In this document: positions 1 through 9,630 of the stretch, in pieces
Layout of the letters: the number at the start of each line of letters is the position of its first letter
How positions within the stretch are numbered: position 1 is the first letter of the stretch
Source of the DNA: an uncultured Gammaproteobacteria bacterium
GTDB taxonomy: Bacteria > Patescibacteriota > Microgenomatia > Levybacterales > UBA12049
Length of the DNA stretch: 64,000 nucleotides
Assembly: GCA_964637955.1 (NCBI GenBank)
Contig: CAZWXQ010000003.1
Coordinates: forward strand, 95,154-159,153
Direction: 5' to 3'
Made by a program: the position numbers and the translations under genes
The notes under the pieces: model-generated
What the model was told of the DNA's origin: nothing
Database searches by the model: none
What the model saw: the letters and a program-made list of their open reading frames with translations, nothing else

Positions 1-1
1 T

Positions 2-706
2 CATGCACCTGAAATGGGGCTTTTATATCTTGTTTCATTGCCATTTATTTTACTGGGAATGTACTTTTTTGTTAAAAACAAAATATCGGAATCTGTAGTT
101 ATTTTTATATGGTTATTATTGGCGCCTGTGGCTTCGTCATTGGCTGTTGAAGCTCCAAATGCATCGAGGAGCTTAATATTTTTACCTACTTGGGATATTT
201 TCTTCGCAGCAGGTATTGTTTTTTCTGAAAAAATTATTGCTAAAAAGTATTTAATCTATTTTAGAATTATTTTCTGGGGATTTTTGTTTATAAACTTTTT
301 GTATTTTACTCACCAATATTTTATTCATACTAATCAGTTAACTCAAAAAGATTGGCAATATGGATACAAAGAGGCAGTTGAGTTCGTTGAAAATGCAAGC
401 GCTGAATCTCCAGACGGTAAAATTATTTTTTCTCCTGACATTGAGCAAGGGTATGCATTTTATCTTTTCTACAGTAAATATTCTCCAAGTGAATATATTA
501 AAGAAGGCGGTTCAGATAGAATGTCTAGTGCTTGTTATTCGATAAAAAATTCTTATTTTGGAGATTGTAAGAATAATGCTAAGGCAGGTGACTTATTTGT
601 TACATCAAGAGAAACTCAAAATATTAATGAGCATGGGCTACAAAGTTTAAATGTTATAAAATTTGATAATGGATCGCCTGCAGTAATAATATATAAAGTG
701 AATTAG
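2..706 (+). CDS. C-terminal part of a polytopic membrane protein, GT-C-like glycosyltransferase paralog. N-terminus lies upstream of the window; ORF is open to position 2.
   Basis: TM-rich start followed by a soluble C-domain carrying 'WQYGYKEAVEFV...FYLFYSKYSPSEY'. This parallels the C-terminus of the next gene ('WQYGYKQAVRFA...YYLFFNKISPAQF'). No stop between position 2 and the first Met. Confidence 0.45.
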   Translation, partial: HAPEMGLLYLVSLPFILLGMYFFVKNKISESVVIFIWLLLAPVASSLAVEAPNASRSLIFLPTWDIFFAAGIVFSEKIIAKKYLIYFRIIFWGFLFINFLYFTHQYFIHTNQLTQKDWQYGYKEAVEFVENASAESPDGKIIFSPDIEQGYAFYLFYSKYSPSEYIKEGGSDRMSSACYSIKNSYFGDCKNNAKAGDLFVTSRETQNINEHGLQSLNVIKFDNGSPAVIIYKVN

Positions 707-707
707 T

Positions 708-2381
708 ATGACGCATAAGCAAATTATTAAGTCTCTTCTTGTATTAATTTTCATTCTTGGGTTTGTGGTCAGGTTTTATAAATTAGGCTCTGTTCCACCT
801 TCTTTAAATTGGGATGAAGTAGCATTTGGATATAACGCGTATTCAATTGGAACAACTGGAAGAGATGAATTTGGAAAATTTTTACCATATACAGCACTCG
901 AATCGTTTGGAGATTATAAGCCGCCAGTTTATGCATACCTGGATATAATTCCAATAAAGATATTTGGCCTTAATGAAATTGGCGTGAGATTTCCTTCAGC
1001 ATTTTTTGGAAGTTTGGCTATACTACTTACTTTCTTTTTAGTCAGGCAAATTTTCCCCAAAAAACAAAAGGAAGAGAAAGAGAAGATTGATTTTATAGCA
1101 TTAATGTCTTCATTTTTGCTTGCAATTTCACCGTGGCACATAATGCTTTCTCGAGGGGCCTTTGAAGCTAACATAGCGAGTTTTTTCATAATACTAGGGA
1201 GTTTGTTCTTTTTTCTGGGAATTAACAGTAAGAAGTACTATTTAATTTTTTCAGCAATATTTTTAGCCATTCCATTTTATACATTTAATTCTGCAAGGGT
1301 ATTTATTCCAATTTTTGTATTAGGACTTGGGGTGTTATTTTTTAAGAAATTATTTAACTCAAAAAAAGAAGTGTTAATAGCGACAATGATTGGATTTTTA
1401 TTATTAGCGCCTCTTGTGCCATTCTTACTTTCTCCTCAAGCAGGTACAAGATTTAAAGAAGTTAATATCTTTTCTGACCCTCAAATTGTTATTAATTCCA
1501 ACTCTCAAATAGAAAAACATGGAAATTCAACATTTGCCAAAATAGTATTTAACAGACGAGTTGGATATGGATTGTCGTTTGCTAAGCATTATACTGATAA
1601 TCTTTCTCCTAAGTTTTTATTTATAACAGGAGACGGAAATCCAAGATTTTCAATTCAAAAAGTAGGACAACTTTTGATTTGGGAATTACCATTTTTAATA
1701 TTTGGAATTTATTTCTTACTTAAAAAAAGAGAGGGGTATTGGTATGTTGTTCCGTTCTGGCTTTTGATTGGAATTATTCCAGCAGCAATTGCAAAGGAAA
1801 CACCTCATGCGTTAAGAATAGAATCCGTAATTCCAATGTTCCAGATTCTTGTAGCATATGGATTCGTTTATTTTATGAGCCTGTTTAGTAAAAGATATGT
1901 GAAATTTATCTCAATATTATTAATTTTCTTGCTTCTGATTAATTTTTCTTATTTTTATAAATCACTTATGTACAGCTATCCCAGTAAATATGCATCTGAA
2001 TGGCAATATGGATATAAGCAGGCAGTAAGATTTGCTCGTGAGAATAAGAATAATTATAAAAAGGTTTACTTTACTCAGAGGTTAGGTAGACCGTATGTTT
2101 ACTATTTATTTTTCAATAAAATTTCTCCTGCTCAGTTTAGAGAAGATTCGCTAATAAATAGAGATGTGTTTGGTTTTGTTGATGTAAAGAGAGTAGACGG
2201 AAATATTTTCTTCGTGAATAATCTTAGTGAGATGTACGCAAAAGATCCTGATAATCTATTTATTGAATATTTAGGTGATGAAAAAGATATGAAATTTGAT
2301 GTTCCTGATGGAGCGAGCGTGCTTTATAAAATGTTCTTGCCTAATGGAAAAGGATTGTTTGTCGCGTACACTCGAAAGTAA
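708..2381 (+). CDS. GT-C fold membrane glycosyltransferase (ArnT/PMT_2, GT39/GT83-like)
   Basis: 557 aa with ~11 predicted TM helices. N-terminal 'LNWDEVAFGYNAY' acidic motif in the first loop is typical of polyprenol-P-sugar-dependent GT-C enzymes. C-terminal soluble domain is shared with the upstream paralog. Confidence 0.6.
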   Translation: MTHKQIIKSLLVLIFILGFVVRFYKLGSVPPSLNWDEVAFGYNAYSIGTTGRDEFGKFLPYTALESFGDYKPPVYAYLDIIPIKIFGLNEIGVRFPSAFFGSLAILLTFFLVRQIFPKKQKEEKEKIDFIALMSSFLLAISPWHIMLSRGAFEANIASFFIILGSLFFFLGINSKKYYLIFSAIFLAIPFYTFNSARVFIPIFVLGLGVLFFKKLFNSKKEVLIATMIGFLLLAPLVPFLLSPQAGTRFKEVNIFSDPQIVINSNSQIEKHGNSTFAKIVFNRRVGYGLSFAKHYTDNLSPKFLFITGDGNPRFSIQKVGQLLIWELPFLIFGIYFLLKKREGYWYVVPFWLLIGIIPAAIAKETPHALRIESVIPMFQILVAYGFVYFMSLFSKRYVKFISILLIFLLLINFSYFYKSLMYSYPSKYASEWQYGYKQAVRFARENKNNYKKVYFTQRLGRPYVYYLFFNKISPAQFREDSLINRDVFGFVDVKRVDGNIFFVNNLSEMYAKDPDNLFIEYLGDEKDMKFDVPDGASVLYKMFLPNGKGLFVAYTRK

Positions 2382-2434
2382 AGCTAATCTGTTTATAGAA
2401 TATAATTATTTTATTGTGCTAGAATCAAATTAAT

Positions 2435-4183
2435 ATGGCTTTATTACCTTCTATTAAGAAGCGTCTTTCGCATATTGATCTATCCAGGTCAAATCTCCTT
2501 TCCAAAAATAAAATTGCTTTTTATCTCTTTTTCTTAATAATCACAGCAATATTTTTTATAAATGGTCTTCATGAGAGTTATCCTGATGAATTCGATAATA
2601 TTATGGGTGGCTGGTATTCTCTTCATGGACATTTAATATATAAAGATTGGTTTACTCATCATGGACCGATTGCATATTGGATAGCAGCGATTGTAGAAAT
2701 ATTTAGTGGACAATCTTTCTTCAGGTTCAGAATTATTTATTCAATTTTATTAGTTTTATATATTTTTGGAACCTATTTATATTTAAAAAAAAGCTTGGGA
2801 TTTGAGAGAACCAAATTTTACCTTGCGTTTATAGGAATAGTTTCTGTCGCAGCAACTTACTTTTGGGCGCATATGCTTTTAGCAGATAGTTTATCTGGAT
2901 TTTTACTAGTTCCTGTTTTTGGTTTAATAATCCTTAAAACATATTATAAAAAAAGTCTTTCAATAAAAGATTTAGTTTTTATTTCAGTGCTATGTTTCTT
3001 GTCAATTCTAAGCTCTTTGACTTTTACATATTTGATTGCAGGAATATATTTTACTTCGCTTTTTCTTTATTTCTTTTTTCCTGAAAAGAAAGAGATCTTT
3101 AAACTTAAAAGTTTTTTGCCTTTTATTATTTTAATTTTTCCTTTCTTATGTTTCTTGTTATATCTTGTTCTGACTGGATCATTTGCATATTACATTAAAG
3201 ATGCTGTTGTATTTAACCAGAAATTCTATATTTATAATTATCCACGTCCGGAAGGTCAAACATTCATTAATCCTATAAGATTTGCGATTTTAATTGCTCA
3301 AGAATTCCAAAACAATTTTTCAACGCTTTTGGTTCAAGCAAGAAATTTTGAATTTACATATCCGTTTAATATTACATTGGCGATCATCAACACTTCATTG
3401 GTTATCTATCTTATTCTCAAGAGGCGTTTTGCGCTAGCTCTCTTTGTTGTTTTTTGTTTAATTTACTCAAACGGAAGGAGTAATCCTTTGACTTCAAGAG
3501 AGACCGACTATCAATCTGCGGTTTATATTATGTTCTCATTTTTTAATATGACATTTCTTATCTATGCAATGTATGAAGAGTTAAAGAAAGATTTAGAATA
3601 TCCTAAAAAATTAATAATGTCAGCATTATTTATTTTAGTGCTCATTTATTCATTTTTTTGCACAACTTTTCTCGTGAGGAAGTTTTCTTATAAAGCGTAC
3701 GATAAGTATATGGGTAAATCTCCTACCATATATGATAGGCCTAAAATAGCTCCTATAATAAATAGCATGGTTAGTAAAGATGAATATGCATTAATCGGCC
3801 CCTTTGAATTTGAAGAGCTTTTCTATATGAATGCAAAGCTTCCGACCAAATATCAAATTCTTATTCCTGGAATGGGTAAGTCGCCCGAGATTCAGCAAGA
3901 AATGATTTCTGACTTGCAAAAAAATAAACCTAAAGTCATTTATTTTGATCGAAAATTTTTTATTTTGGGAAGTAATCCAGAAATGCATGGTAAATTTTTC
4001 TTGGACTATTTGGACAATAATTATGTGAAGTTAATGGATTATGATGATGGAGATAATACTTATCATTCTAAAATTCCAATCGATGGTAAACTTGATTTAG
4101 ATGCTAGGCTTTATTTAGATAAAGACCGTGCAGCCGAGATTATCAAGGAGTTACTAGAAAAAAATATTATAGAAGCAAATTAA
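2435..4183 (+). CDS. Polytopic membrane protein, possible GT-C glycosyltransferase; a Wzx/Wzy-type role is not excluded
   Basis: 582 aa, many TM helices, 'YPDEFDNIMGGWY' acidic motif near the N-terminus, C-terminal soluble domain. Confidence 0.35.
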   Translation: MALLPSIKKRLSHIDLSRSNLLSKNKIAFYLFFLIITAIFFINGLHESYPDEFDNIMGGWYSLHGHLIYKDWFTHHGPIAYWIAAIVEIFSGQSFFRFRIIYSILLVLYIFGTYLYLKKSLGFERTKFYLAFIGIVSVAATYFWAHMLLADSLSGFLLVPVFGLIILKTYYKKSLSIKDLVFISVLCFLSILSSLTFTYLIAGIYFTSLFLYFFFPEKKEIFKLKSFLPFIILIFPFLCFLLYLVLTGSFAYYIKDAVVFNQKFYIYNYPRPEGQTFINPIRFAILIAQEFQNNFSTLLVQARNFEFTYPFNITLAIINTSLVIYLILKRRFALALFVVFCLIYSNGRSNPLTSRETDYQSAVYIMFSFFNMTFLIYAMYEELKKDLEYPKKLIMSALFILVLIYSFFCTTFLVRKFSYKAYDKYMGKSPTIYDRPKIAPIINSMVSKDEYALIGPFEFEELFYMNAKLPTKYQILIPGMGKSPEIQQEMISDLQKNKPKVIYFDRKFFILGSNPEMHGKFFLDYLDNNYVKLMDYDDGDNTYHSKIPIDGKLDLDARLYLDKDRAAEIIKELLEKNIIEAN

Positions 4184-4185
4184 TA

Positions 4186-4944
4186 ATGCAAAAAATTTCT
4201 GTAACGCTCGCTACATTAAATGAAGAGAAAAATATTGCTAAGGTTCTTGAATCCGTAAAAGATTTGGCAGACGAGATAGTAATTGTTGACGGTACTTCCA
4301 AAGATAAAACTGTTGAAATTGCAAAAGGATTTGGAGCGCATGTTATTGTTCGGGAAAACCCCAAAATATTCCATATAAATAAACAGATTGCTAATGATAA
4401 TGCTACTATGCCCTGGATTTTACAAATGGATGCGGATGAAAAAATTACTCCAGAATTATCAAGAGAAATTAAAGAAAGAATTGAAAATGAAGAAGTAAAT
4501 GGATATTGGATTCCTCGAAAAAATTATTTCCTTGGTAGATATCTAATGAAAGGTGGACAATATCCAGACTATACGATTAGATTGTACAGAAAAAATAAAG
4601 GAAAGCTCCCGCAGAAAGATGTTCACGAGCAAGCTGAGGTTGAAGGAAAAGTTGAGCATATGAAGCATCCAATGGAACATTTCCCATATGAGAGCTTTTC
4701 AAACTACTTATTTAAGTGGAAGAGATATAATTCGATTTTTGCAGATCAAATTAAAGAAGAGAGAAAAAATAAAAATATACTATTCAAATTAATCAAATCA
4801 ATCGACTATTTAATTATCAAGCCAATTTATTGGTTCTTATTAACTTATTTGAGACATAAAGGATTTATGGATTCATGGCAGGGATTTGTATTTTCATTCT
4901 TTTCAGCTTTGCGTTTTCCTGCCTCGTTTATTAAATCCATTTGA
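4186..4944 (+). CDS. Glycosyltransferase family 2
   Basis: N-terminal 'VTLATLNEEKNIAKVLESV...IVIVDGTSKDKT' GT-A fold and 'QMDADE' DxD-type motif. Size is like LPS-core GT2 enzymes. Confidence 0.7.
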   Translation: MQKISVTLATLNEEKNIAKVLESVKDLADEIVIVDGTSKDKTVEIAKGFGAHVIVRENPKIFHINKQIANDNATMPWILQMDADEKITPELSREIKERIENEEVNGYWIPRKNYFLGRYLMKGGQYPDYTIRLYRKNKGKLPQKDVHEQAEVEGKVEHMKHPMEHFPYESFSNYLFKWKRYNSIFADQIKEERKNKNILFKLIKSIDYLIIKPIYWFLLTYLRHKGFMDSWQGFVFSFFSALRFPASFIKSI

Positions 4945-4988
4945 TATTTTTCTGCAATCAAGTTAATATTGAACGAAATTAGAAATAT

Positions 4989-6158
4989 ATGATTCTGTTA
5001 ATTAAATCAACATTTTATAATGAAGCTGATGTTAAGAAGAAGCTTGCAAAATTTATATTGAAATCAAAAAAACTAAGCTTTGGAGAGGAATGTGTTAAGT
5101 TCGAAAAAAATTTCTCTAAGTATCAATCAAGAAAGAGATGCGTATTCGTTAACAGTGGTAGTTCTGCAAATTTAGCATTAATCCAGGCGTTAATTAATCT
5201 TGGAAGATTGAAAAAAGGAGATAAGGTTGGTTTTTCTTCTTTATCATGGAGCACGAATGCTATGCCTTTAATCCAGTTAGGGCTTAATCCAGTGCCGATT
5301 GATATTGAACTTAATTCTCTGAATGTATCAAGCCACACATTTAAAAAAGTTTTAGAAAAACAAAAATTAAAAGCTTTATTTTTAACAAATTTACTTGGTT
5401 TTTGTGATGATATAGATGAAATTAAAAATATTTGTAAAAAAAATAAAACTATTCTTATTGAGGACAATTGCGAATCTTTAGGGACCTTATATAAGGGTAT
5501 TAAGCTAGGTAATTTTGGATTAGCTTCGACATTCTCATTTTATGTTGGTCATCATATGTCAACCATAGAAGGTGGAGCAATATGCACAGATGATCATGAG
5601 CTGGCAGATATGCTTTCTCTTGTAAGAGCACATGGGTGGGATAGAAATTTAGAATTTGCAAAGCAAGATGAAATTAGAAAAAAATTTAAGGTAAATTCCA
5701 CATTTTATTCAAGATATACTTTTTATGACTTGGGTTATAATTTAAGACCAACTGATATAAGTGGATTTATAGGAAATTTAGAGATTAAACACATTGATGA
5801 GATAAACAAAAAAAGAAATGAAAATTTTCTAGAAATTTCTTCATGGTTATATAAAAATGATAAATATATTCCAATTAAATTTGACCACATAGATTTTATA
5901 TCTAATTTTGCTATACCGGTTTTATGTAAGTCAAAAGAAATAAGGGATGATCTAGTTAGGAGATGTGAAAATAGAGTTGAAATAAGACCGATTGTGGGAG
6001 GAGATTTATCTAGACAACCATTTTTTAAAAAATATGTTAAAAATTCTCTTAAAAATAAAAATTCCAAATTGGTACATGAGCAAGGATTGTATTTCGGAAA
6101 TAATCCTGAACTTACAAAAAAAGACAAAGCAGTTATAAAGAGCATTTTTGCTGATTAA
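4989..6158 (+). CDS. DegT/DnrJ/EryC1/StrS-family PLP/PMP enzyme, most likely a sugar-nucleotide 3-dehydratase (ColD / E1 type)
   Basis: Family motif 'SFYVGHHMSTIEGG' aligns with aminotransferase 'SFH..K.....EGG', but His occupies the Schiff-base Lys position. This is the hallmark of ColD/E1 3-dehydratases. Length of 389 aa is similar to ColD (~388 aa). Confidence 0.6.
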   Translation: MILLIKSTFYNEADVKKKLAKFILKSKKLSFGEECVKFEKNFSKYQSRKRCVFVNSGSSANLALIQALINLGRLKKGDKVGFSSLSWSTNAMPLIQLGLNPVPIDIELNSLNVSSHTFKKVLEKQKLKALFLTNLLGFCDDIDEIKNICKKNKTILIEDNCESLGTLYKGIKLGNFGLASTFSFYVGHHMSTIEGGAICTDDHELADMLSLVRAHGWDRNLEFAKQDEIRKKFKVNSTFYSRYTFYDLGYNLRPTDISGFIGNLEIKHIDEINKKRNENFLEISSWLYKNDKYIPIKFDHIDFISNFAIPVLCKSKEIRDDLVRRCENRVEIRPIVGGDLSRQPFFKKYVKNSLKNKNSKLVHEQGLYFGNNPELTKKDKAVIKSIFAD

Positions 6159-6204
6159 GCATATACCACTTAATATTCCCTACCTATTTGTGTAAAATAG
6201 TTAT

Positions 6205-7182
6205 ATGAAGATACTTGTGACTGGGGGAGCAGGCTATATTGGAAGTTTCATGGTAGATTCCTTAGTAAAAAGAGGTGAAGAGGTTGTCGTAATTGACAAC
6301 TTAGAACGAGGCCATAGAGATGTAGTTAACGAACAGGCAAATTTTATTCAAGCAGATATACGAGATAGTGTAAAATTGGATGAGCTATTTTCGAATAGCA
6401 AGCTTGATGCAATAATACATTTTGCAGGTCTAATTTCCGTAGAAGAATCTACTAGGGAGCCCGAGCTTTATCATGAAATAAACGTAAATGGCTCAAATAA
6501 TTTGTTTACTTGTGCGATAAAGCATGGCATAAAAAATTTTATATTCAGTTCAACCGCGGCAGTTTATGGAAATCCAGAAGCTGTTCCTATTGTTGAAGAT
6601 CATCCTAAGAATCCCACGAGTCCATACGGAGAAACAAAACTTGAAACTGAGCGAAATCTAATTGAGCTTAGGGAAATGGATTCTGAAGTAAGCTTCGCTT
6701 GTCTAAGATATTTCAATGCTTGTGGGGCAGCTTTGGATGGGTCTATGGGGGAAGCGCATAGTCCAGAGACGCATATTATTCCACTTGCTATAAAAGCTAC
6801 GCTTAACAATCAAGCGTTTAAATTATTTGGTACGGATTATGATACCAAGGATGGAACTTGCGTTAGGGATTATATTCATGTTCTTGATTTGATTCAGGCT
6901 CATAATTTAGCGTTAGAAAAAATTTTAAATACCAAAGGTCAATATTTTTATAATGTTGGAACTGGTAATGGAATCACGAATAAAGAAGTTGCGCAAATGG
7001 TTATGAAAGTTAGCAGTTTAGATTTGAAGTTGGAAAATCATCCAAGAAGACCCGGTGATTCAGATAAATTAATAGCTGATTCAACTAAAATTAAAAATGA
7101 GTTAGGGTTTTTACCTGAATACTCAGATTTAGAAACAATAATTGGTTCGGCTTACAAATATCATGCAAAGCAAAGTGCTTAA
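6205..7182 (+). CDS. galE: UDP-glucose 4-epimerase
   Basis: 'MKILVTGGAGYIGS' Rossmann motif, 'YGETKLETE' YxxxK, ~325 aa, good co-linearity with GalE. Confidence 0.75.
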   Translation: MKILVTGGAGYIGSFMVDSLVKRGEEVVVIDNLERGHRDVVNEQANFIQADIRDSVKLDELFSNSKLDAIIHFAGLISVEESTREPELYHEINVNGSNNLFTCAIKHGIKNFIFSSTAAVYGNPEAVPIVEDHPKNPTSPYGETKLETERNLIELREMDSEVSFACLRYFNACGAALDGSMGEAHSPETHIIPLAIKATLNNQAFKLFGTDYDTKDGTCVRDYIHVLDLIQAHNLALEKILNTKGQYFYNVGTGNGITNKEVAQMVMKVSSLDLKLENHPRRPGDSDKLIADSTKIKNELGFLPEYSDLETIIGSAYKYHAKQSA

Positions 7183-7205
7183 TTTCTGCAAATAGCTTGA
7201 AATAA

Positions 7206-8267
7206 ATGAAAATTGGAATTGACATCTCACCATTAACGAGCGGACACTATTTACATCATAGGGTGAGAGGTACAGGATTTTATCTTACAAATTTAAAAGA
7301 TTCATTAGAAAAATATTTCCCTGAGAATGAATATTTATATTTTAAAAGAGGAGATGTAATTCCAAAAGATGTTGACTTGATTCATATTCCATACTTCGAG
7401 CCGTTTTTTTTAACTTTACCAATTATTAATAAACATAAACTCGTTGTTACAGTTCATGATTTAACTCCAATTGTATTTCCTAAAGAATTTCCTGCAGGGA
7501 TCAAAGGCAGATTAAAATGGGAAATGCAAAAAAATATTTTAAAAAGAGTAGATTCGATAATTACTGATTCAATTTCATCCAAAAAAGATCTTGAAAAATT
7601 TATAGGAATTAAATCAAATAAAATTGATGTAGTCCAACTAGCAGCAGCAGAGCATTTTCAAAATACAAAATCTAAAAATTTAAAAATAATTAGAAAATAT
7701 AATCTTCCCGAAAACTTCCTTTTGTATGTAGGAGATGCAACTTGGAATAAAAATCTTCCAAATATGATAAAAGCAGTAAACAAAACTGATTATAGTTTGG
7801 TTATAGTGGGTGGGGCTTTTACTAATAAAAACTATGATAAGAATAATCCTTGGAATAAAGATTTGCATGAGGCTCAGGTACTGGCTTCATCAAATGAAAA
7901 GATTTTACCACTAGGATTTATTCCAGATGAGGATTTGATTGAAATTTATAATCTAGCGACTTCGTTTATTATGCCCTCTTTTTACGAAGGATTTGGTTTG
8001 CCAGTTCTTGAAGCAATGCAGTCGGGATGTCCGGTAATAACTACAAAAGAAGGATCTCTTGCTGAAGTTAGTGACAGTGCGGCATATTTTGTAACTCCAT
8101 CTAGCATAGATTCAATTGAGGATGGAATCAGGGAAGTTATGGAAAGTAAAGATTTGCGTTTGGCGCTTTCAAAAAAAGGACTCGAACAGTCTAAGAAGTT
8201 TTCCTGGAGAGAAACTGCTCATAAAACAAATGAAGTTTATAAAAAGATATTGAATGAAAATTTATAA
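7206..8267 (+). CDS. Glycosyltransferase family 4
   Basis: C-terminal 'SFYEGFGLPVLEAMQSGCPVITT' GT-B/GT4 motif. N-terminal 'MKIGIDISPL' is typical of the WbnK/mannosyltransferase subfamily. Confidence 0.8.
   Translation: MKIGIDISPLTSGHYLHHRVRGTGFYLTNLKDSLEKYFPENEYLYFKRGDVIPKDVDLIHIPYFEPFFLTLPIINKHKLVVTVHDLTPIVFPKEFPAGIKGRLKWEMQKNILKRVDSIITDSISSKKDLEKFIGIKSNKIDVVQLAAAEHFQNTKSKNLKIIRKYNLPENFLLYVGDATWNKNLPNMIKAVNKTDYSLVIVGGAFTNKNYDKNNPWNKDLHEAQVLASSNEKILPLGFIPDEDLIEIYNLATSFIMPSFYEGFGLPVLEAMQSGCPVITTKEGSLAEVSDSAAYFVTPSSIDSIEDGIREVMESKDLRLALSKKGLEQSKKFSWRETAHKTNEVYKKILNENL
7981..8011 (+). repeat. 31-nt stretch identical to 36457..36487 (GT4 'YEGFGLPVLE' region)
   Basis: Exact match 'tttacgaaggatttggtttgccagttcttga' in both paralogous GT4 genes. 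Confidence 0.6.
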
Positions 8268-8299
8268 CATAATTTATATTTAAGGAAATTTCTTCAGTA

Positions 8300-8329
8300 T
8301 TGCTTCCAATTAGTCTTGTGCTGTATTAT
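8300..8329 (+). promoter_or_regulatory. Possible internal promoter: TTGCTT (8300-8305), 18-nt spacer, TATTAT (8324-8329), 10 nt upstream of the 8340 ATG
   Basis: One of the few >50-nt intergenic gaps in the island; hexamers read directly. Confidence 0.25.
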
Positions 8330-8339
8330 TTAAGAGACA

Positions 8340-8897
8340 ATGGAATTAATAAATTTAGAAAATAAAGATTCCCAGAAATTAATAAAAGACTTGATAATAC
8401 GACCCTTAAGGGTTAATTTAGATGAGACTGGAGGAGTTTTAGTGGAAACTCTTAGACGCGATTGGGACGATGTTTATGGTGAAGGACGTGAATTTGCAAT
8501 GCAATATTTTTCCGTTACTTCATCTGGACTTGCGCGTGATGAGAAGGATTGGCATTTGCACCACAAGCAAGAGGATAGGTTTTTAGTTGTTGGAGGAGAG
8601 ATAGTAGTTTCAGTTGCAGATTATAGGAAGGAGTCTGAAACAAATGGAGTATTAAATTTATTTCATATGAAAGCTACGGAAAAACCGTATTTAATTTTAA
8701 TTCCAAAAGGAACACTCCATGGATTTATGGTGGTTGGAGATAGTGATGCAACTTTATTAAATTTTCCAACTCAAGTTTATAATCCAGAAGATGAGCTTAG
8801 AGTTTCACATGAAGAAGCAAGCATAAAAACTTCTAGTGGGCAGTTTTTCACCTGGAATATGGTTAGGGAAAAATTTCCAAATCTAAAAAAACCGTAG
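8340..8897 (+). CDS. RmlC-like cupin (dTDP-4-dehydrorhamnose 3,5-epimerase family sugar epimerase/isomerase)
   Basis: 185 aa. 'DETGGVLVETLR', 'WHLHHKQEDRFLVVGG' and 'ILIPKGTLHGF' match RmlC motifs 'DERGFFMETF', 'LRGLH.Q' and 'IPEGFAHGF'. Confidence 0.55.
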   Translation: MELINLENKDSQKLIKDLIIRPLRVNLDETGGVLVETLRRDWDDVYGEGREFAMQYFSVTSSGLARDEKDWHLHHKQEDRFLVVGGEIVVSVADYRKESETNGVLNLFHMKATEKPYLILIPKGTLHGFMVVGDSDATLLNFPTQVYNPEDELRVSHEEASIKTSSGQFFTWNMVREKFPNLKKP

Positions 8898-8898
8898 T

Positions 8899-9630
8899 AT
8901 GGCACAGCGCCTTTTGTCTCTTGTTTTGCCTGCCTTCAAACAAGAAAAAACAATCACTAAAGATATTAAGAACCTTTCAAAGGTTCTTTCTCTTTTGAAT
9001 TTAAATCACGAAATAATTGTGGTTGTTGATGGATTTGTAGATAAAACTTATCAAAATGTAAAAAGAAATAAAAATCCTCACGTAATTTTAATCGGCTATG
9101 AAAAAAATCAAGGGAAGGGTTATGCTATAAAACGTGGGGTTGAGAAGGCGAATGGAGATATAATTGGATTTATAGATGCCGGAATGGACCTCGATCCTAA
9201 AGAGATATCATTAATGTTAAATATTATGGACTGGAACAAAGCAGATATTGTTCTGGGAAGTAAGCTTCATCCCGATTCAATAATAAATTATCCGACAAGT
9301 AGAAAAATTTTATCGTGGGGTTACAGATTGATTATAAAGATTTTATTTAAATTAAATGTTAAAGATACGCAGGTTGGACTAAAATTATTTAAAAGGAATG
9401 TTGCAAAAAACGTGTTTCCCAAGATTGTAGTAAAAGCGTTCGCGTTTGATGTAGAAGTGTTAGCGGTTGCTCAGTCTTTGGGATACGTGAAGATTTATGA
9501 GGCTCCAATAAAATTAAAGTTTCGACAGGGTTCCATAACATCATCGAACTTTTGGAAAGTAAGCTTTTGGACATTATGGGACACACTGGCTGTATTTTAT
9601 CGAATAAATATACTTAAATATTATAAATAA
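8899..9630 (+). CDS. GT2 glycosyltransferase, DPM1/ArnC-like polyprenol-phosphate sugar synthase candidate lacking C-terminal TM helices
   Basis: GT-A core 'IIVVVDGFVDKT...DIIGFIDAGMD'. Immediately followed by a GT-C-like membrane protein with a TAATG overlap, the classic donor-synthase / GT-C pairing. Confidence 0.55.
   Translation: MAQRLLSLVLPAFKQEKTITKDIKNLSKVLSLLNLNHEIIVVVDGFVDKTYQNVKRNKNPHVILIGYEKNQGKGYAIKRGVEKANGDIIGFIDAGMDLDPKEISLMLNIMDWNKADIVLGSKLHPDSIINYPTSRKILSWGYRLIIKILFKLNVKDTQVGLKLFKRNVAKNVFPKIVVKAFAFDVEVLAVAQSLGYVKIYEAPIKLKFRQGSITSSNFWKVSFWTLWDTLAVFYRINILKYYK

Noticed and set aside
2411-2425. 'TGcTAGAAT' extended -10-like element 9 nt before the 2435 start; similar 'TGTGTAAAAT' before galE (6189-6198)
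   Set aside because: No matching -35 at proper spacing. A/T-rich hexamers are frequent by chance here. The island otherwise looks co-transcribed with overlapping genes, so I did not list them as features.
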